A DNA stretch of 64,000 nucleotides, from NCBI GenBank assembly GCA_019636755.1, contig JAHBWZ010000008.1, positions 103,900 to 167,899 of the forward strand, given 5' to 3'. Every line of letters starts with the position of its first letter. The stretch's first letter is position 1. A program made the position numbers and the translations under genes. The stretch comes from Phycisphaeraceae bacterium (GTDB lineage Bacteria; Planctomycetota; Phycisphaerae; Phycisphaerales; SM1A02). Under the pieces are notes generated by a model. It ran no database searches, was not told where the DNA came from, and worked only from the letters and a program-made list of their open reading frames with translations. Shown piece after piece: positions 25,892 through 35,771 of this stretch.

Positions 25892-27895
25892 TCACGGGCA
25901 GGGCCCCCACGCCGCCAGCAGCACCAGGACATCCTGGAAGCCCACCACGCCGTCGTCGGTCAGGTCGGTGCCATCCGATCCGTCGGTCCCCCACGCGTCG
26001 AGCACCATGACAAGGTCGTCGATGCCGACGGCGCCGGTCTGCGTGAGGTCGGCGGGGCAGGCGCGGGGTGGGCAGGCCTGCCACCGCGCGATCGCATGTG
26101 AAGGCGATCCTCCGGCGGTGCCGAAACCCCCACCTGCAAACAGGGCCGGGGCGCCGCCGCGACCGTCGGCGAACGGAGACATCGCGTACACGTGCGTCCC
26201 CGTTCCGCCACCGTCGGTGAGTCCTGAGCCGAGCGCGGACCATGCTGAACCATCCCACCGCGCGATACTGCGGGCACTCACGCCGCCGGCGGCGGTGAAG
26301 TCACCGCCCGCATACAGCGCCGGCCCACCGCCCGTGCCGTCGTCGAAGACGGTCAGGGCGTACACCCAGTGGTCTGGCGCGCTGTCGAGCGCTGACCACG
26401 TCAGGCCATCCCAGCGCGCGATGTTCGGCGACGGGATGCCGTCCGCCATGGTGAACTCCCCCCCCACATAGAGCGAAGGACCGTTGCCCGAGCCGTCGTC
26501 AAAGACCGCCAGGGCGCGCACCGTGTAGTCTGTCCCGCTGCCGAGCGCTGACCACGACGTGCCATCCCACCGTGCAATCCTGCTCGCCGACACTCCTCCG
26601 GCGGAGGTGAAATGCCCTCCGGCGTAGAGGGCCGGGCCATTGCCCGAGCCGTCATCAAAGAACGCGAGGGCGTGGACTGGGCCATTCAGGCCGGTGCCCA
26701 ACGCGGACCAGGTCGTACCGTCCCAGCGCGCCACGAAGTTCGTGGACGTGCCTCCAGCCGTCCCGAAGATGCCACCTGCATAGAGGGCCGGGCCTGCGCC
26801 CGCGTCGTCGTCAATGACCGCGAGTGCTCGCACTGAACCCAGGATCCCGGCGCCAAGCGGGGACCACCCCGAGCCATCCCAGCGCGCAATTCGGTTCGCT
26901 GGTACTCCGCCGGCGGTGTCGAAGCTGCCCCCGGCGTAGAGCGCCGGGCCGCCACCTGCGCCGTCGTCGTAGACAGTCAGCGCGTTCACCGGACCGTTCG
27001 TGCCGGCGCCCAGGGGCGACCAGTCCGACCCGTCCCAGCGCGCGACGAAGTGTGCTGACGGAAAGCCCGCAGCGGAGGATCCCCCACCGGCGTAGAGCAC
27101 CGGGCCATCGCCCGTGCCATGGTCGATGACGGCAAGGGCGCTGACCGCCCCGTCTACCCCGCTGGAGAGAGGCGACCACGTCGAGCCGTCCCAGCGCGCG
27201 ATCCGGCTTGCCGGCATGCCCCCGGCGGTCCCGAACGTCCCTCCCGCGTAGAGCGCGGGGCCGCTGCCGGAACCGTCATCGAAGACGTTCAGCGCGTGCA
27301 CCACGCCCCCGATCCCGTCGCTGACCGGCGACCAGGTCGAGCCATCCCATCGCGCGATGCGGCTCGCCGGTATACCTCCGGCGGTCGTGAACTGGCCTGC
27401 GGCGTAGAGCGCGGGCCCGCGGCCAGTGCCGTCGTCGTGCACGGTCAGCGCATTGACTCTGCCATTCATCCCCTCGCCCAGCGGGGACCACGTCGTTCCG
27501 TCCCATCGCGCGATGAAGGCTGCCGGCGCGCCTCCGGCGGTGGTGAACTGACCTCCCGCGCAGAGCGCGGGCCCGCCACCCAGGCCATCATCGAAGACCG
27601 CCAGCGCGTAGACCGTGGAGGGTACCCCCTCGCCCAGCGCCGTCCACGTCGTGCCATCCCACCGCACGACGCTCCTGGCCCGGGTGCACCCCGCCACCGA
27701 GAACAGGCCGCCCACATAGAGCGCTTCGCCCGTGCCGTCGTCCCATGTCAGGGCAGTGCGCACGGTGAAGTTGACTCCCGGCACGCAGAACAGCCCCTCG
27801 CTCCACGACGGCTCGCACTCGTCGCTCGACGCGGGATGACCCAGGGCAGGCGCCGCAAGCCAGGGCGGCGCCAGCACGGCGGCGACTGCATTCAT
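25892..27895 (-). CDS. Secreted repeat protein (about 10 x 47-aa beta-propeller-like repeats) with C-terminal dockerin-like modules
   Basis: Signal MNAVAAVLAPPWLAAPALG; the start could be a few codons upstream (27916 or 28000). Repeat consensus IARWDG..WS.LG.G....V.AL.VFDDG.G.GPALYAGG.F..AGG. C-terminus CPADLTQTGAVGIDDLVMVLDAWG...DLTDDGVVGFQDVLVLLAAWGPCP. Confidence 0.8.
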   Translation of the reverse strand: MNAVAAVLAPPWLAAPALGHPASSDECEPSWSEGLFCVPGVNFTVRTALTWDDGTGEALYVGGLFSVAGCTRARSVVRWDGTTWTALGEGVPSTVYALAVFDDGLGGGPALCAGGQFTTAGGAPAAFIARWDGTTWSPLGEGMNGRVNALTVHDDGTGRGPALYAAGQFTTAGGIPASRIARWDGSTWSPVSDGIGGVVHALNVFDDGSGSGPALYAGGTFGTAGGMPASRIARWDGSTWSPLSSGVDGAVSALAVIDHGTGDGPVLYAGGGSSAAGFPSAHFVARWDGSDWSPLGAGTNGPVNALTVYDDGAGGGPALYAGGSFDTAGGVPANRIARWDGSGWSPLGAGILGSVRALAVIDDDAGAGPALYAGGIFGTAGGTSTNFVARWDGTTWSALGTGLNGPVHALAFFDDGSGNGPALYAGGHFTSAGGVSASRIARWDGTSWSALGSGTDYTVRALAVFDDGSGNGPSLYVGGEFTMADGIPSPNIARWDGLTWSALDSAPDHWVYALTVFDDGTGGGPALYAGGDFTAAGGVSARSIARWDGSAWSALGSGLTDGGGTGTHVYAMSPFADGRGGAPALFAGGGFGTAGGSPSHAIARWQACPPRACPADLTQTGAVGIDDLVMVLDAWGTDGSDGTDLTDDGVVGFQDVLVLLAAWGPCP
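26125..27715. repeat. Coding tandem repeats with about 141-bp periodicity (about 10 copies)
   Basis: DNA-level reiteration underlies the 47-aa ARWDG...YAGG repeat. Copies are diverged but clearly periodic. Confidence 0.8.
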
Positions 27896-28211
27896 CGCGA
27901 GAACGACCACACGCACGGCCTCCACGATGCAACTGACGCGACCAGCCCGCAGGTTCCGTGATACGCCCTGTGTGCACTGCACCATCGCTGGACTCCTCAT
28001 GGCACGCGACCGACGGGATGCCGGGGTCGCGGATTGCGCTGGCCTGCCGACTGCCCCGCACGGGACAGGCGGCAGGGCCGGACACAGATACGCCGTCTGG
28101 CGGCCGGTTCCAGCGCGGCCATCCCGGGCGATGGTCGATTCCTCCGGCGGACCCGTGGCTGTGTGTGTGTGGGGGGGGGAGGGGGCGACTGAAGGTCGGA
28201 CGCATGGTGGG

Positions 28212-29477
28212 TCACTCCTGTCGGCGCGCGCCGCCCGATGCGTCGAGCAGCGCTCCCGTCGCCGGCAGTCGCTGGGCCGTCCGCGTGGCGCGGAGCACCT
28301 CCAGCAGCGCCTGCATGTCCGGCGGCACGGGGGCGAGGAACCGCGCGGGCGAGAGCATGATCGGGTGCTCGAACCCCAGCAGCGCCGCGTGCAGCGCCTG
28401 CCGCGTCATGAGCGGCTCGCGCGGGGAGCGCCCGGGCACGCCCGCCGCGCCGGCAACGTCTCCCACGGTGACGTGGCGCCCCCCGTAGAGGTCGTCACCC
28501 ACGATCGGATAGCCCAGGTGGGAGAGGTGCACGCGGATCTGGTGCGTCCGGCCGGTGCGGAGTTCCAGTTCCACCAGGGCCATGTCGCCGAACGACTCCA
28601 GCACGCGGTAGAGCGTGACCGCGGACTTGCCCAGGTCGTCCCAGCGGACGGCGTACTGGAGTCGCTTGAGCGGATGCGCGCCGATCGGGAGATCGATGAC
28701 ATCGTTCGCCGGTTCCGGGACGCCGTGGACGACGGCCAGGTAGCGCTTCTCGACGCGCCGCTGTTCGAACTGCCGCGCCAGTCTCCAGTGGGCCAGGTCG
28801 CTCTTTGCAACGACCATCGCGCCGGTCGTGAACCGGTCCAGGCGATGGACGATGCCGGGTCGCGCCATCGACTCGCCGACCGAGGAGAGCGCCCCCGCCG
28901 CCTGCGTCCGGAAGTGCCACGCGATCGCGTTGAGCAGCGTGCCGGAGAGATTGCCGCGCGCGGGATGCACGATGATGTCCGCATGCTTGTCGAGGACCAG
29001 GAGATCCGCATCCTCGTACAGCACACGGATCGGAATGTCCTCCGCGGGAATCTCCGTGGTCGGCGGCGGCGGAAGGATCGCGACGATCTCGTCGCCGGCG
29101 CGCAGCGTCGTGGATGCCTTGGCGGGTCGACCGTTCACCGTGACCGCGGACTCGCGGATCAGGCGCTGGAGCGAGGTGCGGCTCAGGAACGGGATGCGGT
29201 CGACGAGGTATCGATCCAGCCGCTTCTCCAGGTCACGCTGCAGGCGGAACCGGACGGTGACCGGTCGTTCGTCCTCATCGTCGGTCTGCGCGGCGTAGAC
29301 CTGCGCCAGCGCCTCCTGGTCCACCTTGCCGCCGCGCGAGAGAATCTCGGCGGTGCGATCCTGCGGTGCGGGGCGTCCGTCGGCGGGGTCCCGGGGCGGA
29401 TCGGGCCCGGAGGTACCGGGCGCGTCTGCGCCGTCGTGCGCGGGCCTCGGCCGGGCGGGTCCGTCGCCGGGACTCAT
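28212..29477 (-). CDS. rluD: RluA-family pseudouridine synthase (RluD-like) with S4 RNA-binding domain and a Pro/Gly/Asp-rich N-terminal extension
   Basis: S4: RLDRYLVDRIPFLSRTSLQRLIRESAVTVNGRPAK. Catalytic motif GIVHRLDRFTTGAMVVAKS. Also ELRTGRTHQIRVHLSHLGYPIVGD. The start overlaps the upstream gene's stop (ATGA). Confidence 0.85.
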   Translation of the reverse strand: MSPGDGPARPRPAHDGADAPGTSGPDPPRDPADGRPAPQDRTAEILSRGGKVDQEALAQVYAAQTDDEDERPVTVRFRLQRDLEKRLDRYLVDRIPFLSRTSLQRLIRESAVTVNGRPAKASTTLRAGDEIVAILPPPPTTEIPAEDIPIRVLYEDADLLVLDKHADIIVHPARGNLSGTLLNAIAWHFRTQAAGALSSVGESMARPGIVHRLDRFTTGAMVVAKSDLAHWRLARQFEQRRVEKRYLAVVHGVPEPANDVIDLPIGAHPLKRLQYAVRWDDLGKSAVTLYRVLESFGDMALVELELRTGRTHQIRVHLSHLGYPIVGDDLYGGRHVTVGDVAGAAGVPGRSPREPLMTRQALHAALLGFEHPIMLSPARFLAPVPPDMQALLEVLRATRTAQRLPATGALLDASGGARRQE

Positions 29478-30250
29478 GGCGCCGCGGGCGGCGCGGCGTC
29501 GCCTTCGCCGTCGATCAGCCGCTGCAGGGCCGGATCGACGAAGACGGGCGTGCGCGCCGGGAGGGCCGGGCGCTGCGCCATGACGTCAGCGCGAGGCGGG
29601 AAGGCCGGCGGTGCGTCGAGCCCGGCGGCGTCGATACGGTTGCGGAAGACCTTGGCCAGGATCGGGAACGCATCGCCCGCGCGCTCCGCGGCGCGCTGGT
29701 AGAAGCGCTTCGCCTCCTCGATGCGTCCGCGGCTCTCCTCCACCGCGCCGAGCCCGGCGAGGGCGTGCACGGCGTGCAGTCGGAAGCCCTCGCCGCCGTC
29801 GTCCAGGTCGACCACCCGCTGGTACAGCGACTCCGCCTGCTGCAGCGACCGCGTCCGCTCCTCGTCGTCCAGTTCCGGCGCGGCCGACTCCGACGGATCC
29901 ACCATCGAGGAGAGCGGAATGCCGAGCCGGACGGTGGCCAGCCGCATGTCCGCGGCCCGCCGCAGCGCGAGCGGCGCCAGGCCGTCGATCGAGCCGTACT
30001 GGTTCGCGACATCCACGAGGCTCTCCGGCAGGCTTGCGGAGAAGAACGCCGCCCACGCCTCGCTGCGCTTCGCATCCCGCGACTGCCGGAACTGGATGAT
30101 CCCGAGGTACGCGGTCACCCCCAGCAGGATCACGATGAGCCACGTCACGCCGGGGCCCTTCAGCCAGTCGACGAAGTCCTCGTTGATGCGACTCTCGGTC
30201 GTCTGGCCCGAGCGGACCTGCTCCAGACGTTCGCGATCGGTTCGATCCAT
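29474..30250 (-). CDS. Single-pass membrane protein with TPR-like C-terminal domain (YfgM-like layout)
   Basis: 258 aa. N-terminal charged segment, then TM VTWLIVILLGVTAYLGIIQF, then a helical Ala/Leu/Glu-rich region (AESLYQRVV..., EEAKRFYQRAAE). Confidence 0.5.
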   Translation of the reverse strand: MDRTDRERLEQVRSGQTTESRINEDFVDWLKGPGVTWLIVILLGVTAYLGIIQFRQSRDAKRSEAWAAFFSASLPESLVDVANQYGSIDGLAPLALRRAADMRLATVRLGIPLSSMVDPSESAAPELDDEERTRSLQQAESLYQRVVDLDDGGEGFRLHAVHALAGLGAVEESRGRIEEAKRFYQRAAERAGDAFPILAKVFRNRIDAAGLDAPPAFPPRADVMAQRPALPARTPVFVDPALQRLIDGEGDAAPPAAP

Positions 30251-30325
30251 AGGGATCGGACTCTATCGGCGGAACCGGGCGGCCGCAACGGCGTCGATCG
30301 GCCGTGTCCGCGCACGGGCCCGCAC

Positions 30326-31300
30326 TCATCCGCCGGGCGGAACCTGGTCGACTTCGCGGAGACCACGCTCCAGCCATTCGAGACAGGCGGCGAGATGCGC
30401 CGGGTGCCCCTCGGACCGGATGAACCTGGGCGCGGTGGCGGCGAGCAGCAGCCGCCGCACCATCGCGAGCCGGGGCCACTCCGGGCCGACCGGGCGGCCG
30501 GTGGACCGCCGGGCCCGCGCGACTTCCCGGACCGGGTTCCAGCGCGCCATGCGCTCCGGCCGTGCCCAGAGCTGGCGCTCCAGGAAGACCGCGTCCTCGA
30601 TCCAGTGCCCGGCGTGCACCTCGGCGAAGTCGATCAGGCTGACGGTTCCTGCCGCCAGTCCGTCGCGACTCATGGCATTGGCGAAGTGCGCGTCACCGTG
30701 CAGCCAGTCCGTCACCGGTCGGCGCTCCCAGGCCCCGGCGACCTCGTCGAGCCGGTTCCGCAGCGCCCGCAGTCCCTTCTGCCAGCGGGACTGCTCGGCG
30801 ATGTGGTTGATGCGGACGGACTCATCCGCCAGGCCGAGCAGCGCCGCCCAGTCCTCCTGCCGCGCGGGCTGGTCGATCTCGTGGTTCGCGGCGTGCGCAT
30901 GGAATTCCGCGAGCGCGCCGGCGACGCGCGGCACGTGCTCGTCGTGCCACTCGATCCCGAGCGGGCCGAACGGGAAGCGCTCCATGACCACCCACGCCAG
31001 GTCGTACCCGTTGATCTCCGTGCCGGAGTCGTACAGGCGCGGGACGCACCCCGCGACGCCGTCGCCGTCCGGCTGGAGGCGCCGAAGCCACGAGAGTTCC
31101 CGCTGATTGACGGGCAGCTTCACGACGACCGGATAGGCAGAGCCCTGGTCGGTCCAGGTGGCGCTGCCGGTTGCCGCGCCGCCGCGCTGCCAGTCGGTCC
31201 GGAACCAGGTGATCTCTCCCAGTCGACCGCGGGTGGAGTCCGCGAGCTTCGGGGCGAGCAGCGCCGCCATGGACCGCGAATCTTCCGGGCGCTCCAGCAT
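30326..31300 (-). CDS. Aminoglycoside-phosphotransferase-like (APH/ePK-like) kinase-fold protein
   Basis: Start at MLERPED (31300); the upstream part of the track ORF is antisense to the HAD gene. Catalytic-loop WLHGDAHFANAM and the metal-binding SLIDFAEV. Confidence 0.65.
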   Translation of the reverse strand: MLERPEDSRSMAALLAPKLADSTRGRLGEITWFRTDWQRGGAATGSATWTDQGSAYPVVVKLPVNQRELSWLRRLQPDGDGVAGCVPRLYDSGTEINGYDLAWVVMERFPFGPLGIEWHDEHVPRVAGALAEFHAHAANHEIDQPARQEDWAALLGLADESVRINHIAEQSRWQKGLRALRNRLDEVAGAWERRPVTDWLHGDAHFANAMSRDGLAAGTVSLIDFAEVHAGHWIEDAVFLERQLWARPERMARWNPVREVARARRSTGRPVGPEWPRLAMVRRLLLAATAPRFIRSEGHPAHLAACLEWLERGLREVDQVPPGG

Positions 31301-31432
31301 CCGTGGGGGAGCGTACCGGAGGGGCCCGTCCCGCGACAAGCATGCCGTGGGCCGGCGCGCCGCCGCGGGCCGGACGATCGCCCCCCGGGGCCGCGTCCGG
31401 GGCGGCGGCGGCGCCCCCGGTACACTCGGCGC

Positions 31433-32308
31433 ATGCGCCCTGGGATCGACGCGATCGCGATCGACCTCGACGGCACCCTGCTCGGCCGTGACGGCGCGGT
31501 TTCTGCGCGGAACATCGACGCGCTCGACCAGGCGCGGCGGGCGGGTCTCCGCGTCGTGATCGCCACCGGGCGCGCCCTCGCCGAGTGCACGGACATCCTC
31601 GCCGCGATCGGGCACGACGGCCCGGTGATCCACGCGGGCGGATCCATGCTCTCGGATGCCGCGTCCGGCCGGACGCTGGAGCGGCGGACCATGGACCCGG
31701 AGGTGGTGGCGATGCTGACCGACGCCATCCTCGACGACGCGCACCGGGCGCTCGTGCTCAAGGACGGTACCGACACCGGGTACGACTACCTCGCCGTGGG
31801 CGACCACGAACTCCATCCCGCCTCCCGGTGGTGGTTCAGCGCCCGCGGGGTCCGCGTGCGCGAGGCGCCGGCGCTGCACGCGGATCCGCATCCCGGGGTC
31901 ACCGTGCGCGTCGGTGCCGTGGCCTGCTCACAGCGCCTTCGACCGCTCGCGGAGCGACTCGCGCAGACGATGGGGCCGCGCTGTGAACTCCAGCACTGGT
32001 CCGCGGTCACCGAGACCGAGGCGACCGGGTCCGGCGTCCACCTGCTGGAGGCATTCGCGGCGGGCGCCGACAAGTGGTCCATGTTCGAGACCTGGTGCCG
32101 GCGTGAAGGCATCTCGACGGCGCGGACGGCGGGGATCGGGGACGGACTGAACGACGTCCCGCTGGTGCGCAACGCGGCCCTGGGGATCGCGATGGGCAAC
32201 GCCGATCCGCGCGTTGCCGCCGTGGCGCGCGTCCACGCGCCCGCGGCCGAACATGACGGTGTCGCCACCGCCATCGGACACGTCCTCTCCCGCGCATGGG
32301 CGCCCTGA
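31433..32308 (+). CDS. Cof-type HAD-IIB family hydrolase (sugar-phosphatase-like)
   Basis: Motif I IAIDLDGTLL, motif II VVIATGR, motif IV GIGDGLNDVPLV. Only the last 291 codons of the 980-aa track ORF look like protein. Confidence 0.8.
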   Translation: MRPGIDAIAIDLDGTLLGRDGAVSARNIDALDQARRAGLRVVIATGRALAECTDILAAIGHDGPVIHAGGSMLSDAASGRTLERRTMDPEVVAMLTDAILDDAHRALVLKDGTDTGYDYLAVGDHELHPASRWWFSARGVRVREAPALHADPHPGVTVRVGAVACSQRLRPLAERLAQTMGPRCELQHWSAVTETEATGSGVHLLEAFAAGADKWSMFETWCRREGISTARTAGIGDGLNDVPLVRNAALGIAMGNADPRVAAVARVHAPAAEHDGVATAIGHVLSRAWAP

Positions 32309-32312
32309 CGTG

Positions 32313-35300
32313 ATGAGACGCCACGCCGACGACGCCGGTCATCCGCTCGCGGCGCCGCAGGGCCCGGTCGTGACCGCGGCGGCGGACGCGATCCTGAAGG
32401 CTCTCCTGGAGGCGGAGCATGGTGCGGCGATGCTCGCCGTACCCGCGGACGGATCGTTCGCCGCGCTGGCGCGCCTGATGGAGACCGACGTCGCGCGGGC
32501 GCAGGCGCGGCTGCACGATCTCGCCCTCGTCACCTCCGCGAATGCAGGTCGCGCCCTGGACCTCGGCGCCGAGATCACGGCGCGCGGAAGCGGTGCCGCG
32601 GCGGTCGCGCTGTCGGCGCGCGATCTTGCACCGCTGCGCGATGACATCGACCGGGTCGTCCGGCGGCCGGCCGGCGCGCTGCTGCTGCTGCTGGAGGATG
32701 ATCCGGCCTGCGGACCGGCCTCCTGTCCGACGAGGCTCGCCGAGGAGATCGGCCTGCCGCTGCTGGTGGCCGGGTCGATTCCGCACCTGCGGGACCTGGT
32801 CGTCGCCGCGATCGCGATCGCGCAGGCGCAGCGCGGACCGGTCGCGCTGTCCGTGCACCAGGCGCTGCTCCACTCCATCGATACCTGGGACGCGCACCCG
32901 AATCGCGCGGATGACTCGGCGCCGGCGATCATCGCCCGGGCCGAGCGTGCTGCGCGCCCGCCGCTGCACGCGGAGAGCGACGCCCTGCGCGCCATCCGGC
33001 GGCTGGAGATCAACCACTTCGAGATGCTTCCCAGCCCCGGCGAACGCGTGCCGCTGGGCTTCGTGACGGTCGGCCCGGCCCGGGAAGCGCTGCTCCAGGT
33101 GCTTGCCTCGCTTTCGCTGGCCGGGCGGGTTCCGCGCCTCACGCTCAGCGCGGTCGTCCCGGCGGACCCGGTGGCGCTGGAGCGCATGCTCGCGCGCTGC
33201 GAGCACGTGGTCGTCCTGGAGCCGCGACCGGGCGCCGCCGTCCGCGCGTTCGCGGGGATTCCGGAACGCCTCCGGGCGCGCGGCACGGTGCCCGCACGAC
33301 TGAGTTTCGACGTGCTGGAGCATGGCGATCCCGACACGGCACGGCGCATCCGCCCCGACGATGTCCGGCATCCGTCGCGCCTGGCGAGGCTGCTGCTGCC
33401 GCTGCTGCACACGCTGCGCCCCGGTGCGCGGATCGCGGAACGGCTGGCGGCGGCACCGCCGCCGGTGCCGGCACTCCGGGCCGACGCGCGGTCGGCCGGG
33501 GCGCCCCTGCGGCGCGCGACGCGAGAACTGGAGCGTCTGGTCCTGCGCGCGGCGCGCGGCCTGCGGCCGGCGCCGGGCGAGGACGCACCGACGCCGGCAC
33601 CGGTCTTCAGCGCGGCGGCGCTGCTCCGGGGCACGGCGCCGCCGAACCCGGTCCCGGTGGAGATCGTGTCCGATGAGCGCTTCGTCGACGAGGCCGGCGG
33701 CCTCGTCCCGTACGCGGCGGCGTCGCGGCGCGCCTGGCTCATCCTGGTGCCCGACCTGGGCCGGCGGCGCGTCCTGCTCGACCCGATGCGGGCGGCGCGC
33801 GCCGCGATCCCGGACGGACTGGCCGAGCGCGTGCGCCTGGAGGAGGCGCACTTCCATGATCACGCCGAACTCGCGGCGCGCATTGCCGCGGCGCTCGGCG
33901 GTGACCGGCTCACGGTGCTCGTCGTGCGCGATCGCGCGCCGGCGCGATTCCGCGATGATGCCGACGACGCGCAGGTGGACATGGTGGACCACCTTGGATT
34001 CGAGCCGCTCGAGCGCGTCCGGTGGTCGCTGGAGCGTTCGGCAGGCATCCGTGACGGGTCGGCGTCGGCGCTCGTCGAGCATCGTGACGATGCCGCGAGA
34101 ACGATGCCGCGGCACGAGCTTCGCCTGGATCGCATCGGCCGCGGTGTGCTGACACGGCCCATCCTGCGCGTCCGACCACTGCTGGAGGAGGTCGAGGTCC
34201 GGCGCATCCGGTCGCCCGGGCGCCGGCCGCTGCAGGGTGAAGGCGTCCGGCTGCCGCTTCCGGAGTTCATCCACCGTCGCAGCGCCGTGTGGCGGATGCA
34301 CCTTGCCGGTGTCCGCGCCGACCCGCCGGGACCCGTCGGCCTTGCGCTGCTCGAGGCCGGCCGGCTCATGGGCTACCGGGTGCGTGCGGCCTGGGATCCG
34401 ACGCGCATCGGACCACGGCGGAGCCGCTGGCTCCAGGTGGTCTTCACGCGGGAGGGTCCGGGCGAGGCGCCGGCGGCGCATGCCACGCGGACGCCGTTCG
34501 GCGAGGCAGACCTGGTGCTCGGGCTGGATCCGATCGAGACGCTCGCGGCGCTCACCGTCGATGCGGATCTCCGAGTCGCCGATCCGACGCGCACCGGCAT
34601 CGTCGCCGACCTGGGCCTCTCCTCGCGCGAGCCCGCACCCGAGGCGGCGCGCGAGGCGGCGCGTCTCGTGCCGGCCCAGCTCGAGGCGCTTTCCCTCGCA
34701 GCGCGCCGGCACTGCGCGGACCTGAGCGAACTCAGCCGGGCCGCGTTCCACACCGATCGGATGAGCGATGCCATCGCCCTCGGCATCGCGTGGCAGTCCG
34801 GGCTCATCCCGCTGACGATCGACGCGATCGAGCGGGGGCTCGCGGCGGCGGAGGCGACCGGGCACGAGCAGCTGCGGACCGCCTTCGACCTGGGGCGCCG
34901 TGTGGCCGAGGATCCCCGGATCGCGCGGCGTACCGCCCCGCCGCCGGTGGATGATCCCGTGCGCATCGCGCGGCGGTTCGCGCGCTTCGCGTTCCACATC
35001 CGCGGCGGCCGCTGCCGGCGGCTGGAACAGGAAGCGGCCGAACGCCTGCGCCGCGCGATCCGCGATCTGCCCGGCCTTGCCGAGAGCGACGCCGGCCGGC
35101 AGGCGCTCATCGACTTCGCGGCGGGATTCGTCCGGTGCGTGGCCTGGGGCGGACCGCGGCATGCGATGGCGTTCGCCGATCGGGTGCAGCGCCTGTATGC
35201 GCGCGACCACGGCGAGCGCGGCCGGGAACTCACGTGCCTGGCCATCCTGCCGCTGGCAACGGTGATGCTGCCGACGGACGCGCTCTACCTGGCGTGTCTC

Positions 35301-35771
35301 GCCACCGGGCCGGAGCACCGCCGGCGCATGCGCCAGCGCCTGGACGTGCAGCGCGCCCGCGGCGACGAGGTCAGCCGGCGCTACCTGACGCGGATCGAAC
35401 TCATCGCCCTGGGCTTCCGCTTCCGCGCGGTGCTGCGGACGAGCGACTGGCCGAGCCGGCTTGCCGCGCGCCTGCGGCCCATCGTGCCCGACCGCTGGCG
35501 CGGGACCGAGCGCGACCGGGCGCTGGCCCGGTGGGTGACCGGCCTGGTCGAGCAGGCCATCGCCGGGGCCGATGACGATCCCGCGCGCTGGGCGCTGGTG
35601 CTCGGACGGCTGCATGCGCTCGTCCGGGATGAGCGATGGCGGACCATTCAGCTCATCGAGGCCAGGCTCCTGGTCGAAGGCGCCGCCGACGAGACGCGAC
35701 CGGCGCTCGACGGCACGGAGCCCGTCGGGGTGCGGGAGGACGGGCCGGCGGCGCCGGGGGCGGCACCATGA
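32313..35771 (+). CDS. Divergent member of the fused indolepyruvate/2-oxoacid:ferredoxin oxidoreductase family (about 1150 aa), apparently lacking cofactor motifs
   Basis: ATG 5 nt after the HAD stop. N-terminal IorA-like layout (AADAILKALLEAEHG...LLLLLEDDPACGPASCPTRLAEEIGLPLL...). C-terminal IorB-like layout (FGEADLVLGLDPIE..., MSDAIALGIAWQSGLIPLTIDAIERGL...AFDLGRRVAEDP). I could not see a clustered-Cys Fe-S motif or a GDG TPP motif. Confidence 0.5.
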   Translation: MRRHADDAGHPLAAPQGPVVTAAADAILKALLEAEHGAAMLAVPADGSFAALARLMETDVARAQARLHDLALVTSANAGRALDLGAEITARGSGAAAVALSARDLAPLRDDIDRVVRRPAGALLLLLEDDPACGPASCPTRLAEEIGLPLLVAGSIPHLRDLVVAAIAIAQAQRGPVALSVHQALLHSIDTWDAHPNRADDSAPAIIARAERAARPPLHAESDALRAIRRLEINHFEMLPSPGERVPLGFVTVGPAREALLQVLASLSLAGRVPRLTLSAVVPADPVALERMLARCEHVVVLEPRPGAAVRAFAGIPERLRARGTVPARLSFDVLEHGDPDTARRIRPDDVRHPSRLARLLLPLLHTLRPGARIAERLAAAPPPVPALRADARSAGAPLRRATRELERLVLRAARGLRPAPGEDAPTPAPVFSAAALLRGTAPPNPVPVEIVSDERFVDEAGGLVPYAAASRRAWLILVPDLGRRRVLLDPMRAARAAIPDGLAERVRLEEAHFHDHAELAARIAAALGGDRLTVLVVRDRAPARFRDDADDAQVDMVDHLGFEPLERVRWSLERSAGIRDGSASALVEHRDDAARTMPRHELRLDRIGRGVLTRPILRVRPLLEEVEVRRIRSPGRRPLQGEGVRLPLPEFIHRRSAVWRMHLAGVRADPPGPVGLALLEAGRLMGYRVRAAWDPTRIGPRRSRWLQVVFTREGPGEAPAAHATRTPFGEADLVLGLDPIETLAALTVDADLRVADPTRTGIVADLGLSSREPAPEAAREAARLVPAQLEALSLAARRHCADLSELSRAAFHTDRMSDAIALGIAWQSGLIPLTIDAIERGLAAAEATGHEQLRTAFDLGRRVAEDPRIARRTAPPPVDDPVRIARRFARFAFHIRGGRCRRLEQEAAERLRRAIRDLPGLAESDAGRQALIDFAAGFVRCVAWGGPRHAMAFADRVQRLYARDHGERGRELTCLAILPLATVMLPTDALYLACLATGPEHRRRMRQRLDVQRARGDEVSRRYLTRIELIALGFRFRAVLRTSDWPSRLAARLRPIVPDRWRGTERDRALARWVTGLVEQAIAGADDDPARWALVLGRLHALVRDERWRTIQLIEARLLVEGAADETRPALDGTEPVGVREDGPAAPGAAP

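Noticed and set aside
25892-27895. Diversity-generating retroelement or template/variable repeat relationship among the 141-bp repeats.
   Set aside because: No reverse transcriptase gene is nearby. Differences between the repeats are not biased to particular bases as far as I can see by eye. The repeats are in-frame structural repeats of one protein.
29366-31432. N-terminal 689 codons of the 980-aa track ORF 29366..32308(+).
   Set aside because: Only the last 291 codons (from ATG 31433) look like a HAD hydrolase. The upstream part is antisense to three well-supported minus-strand genes (29474-31300) and has artefact composition.
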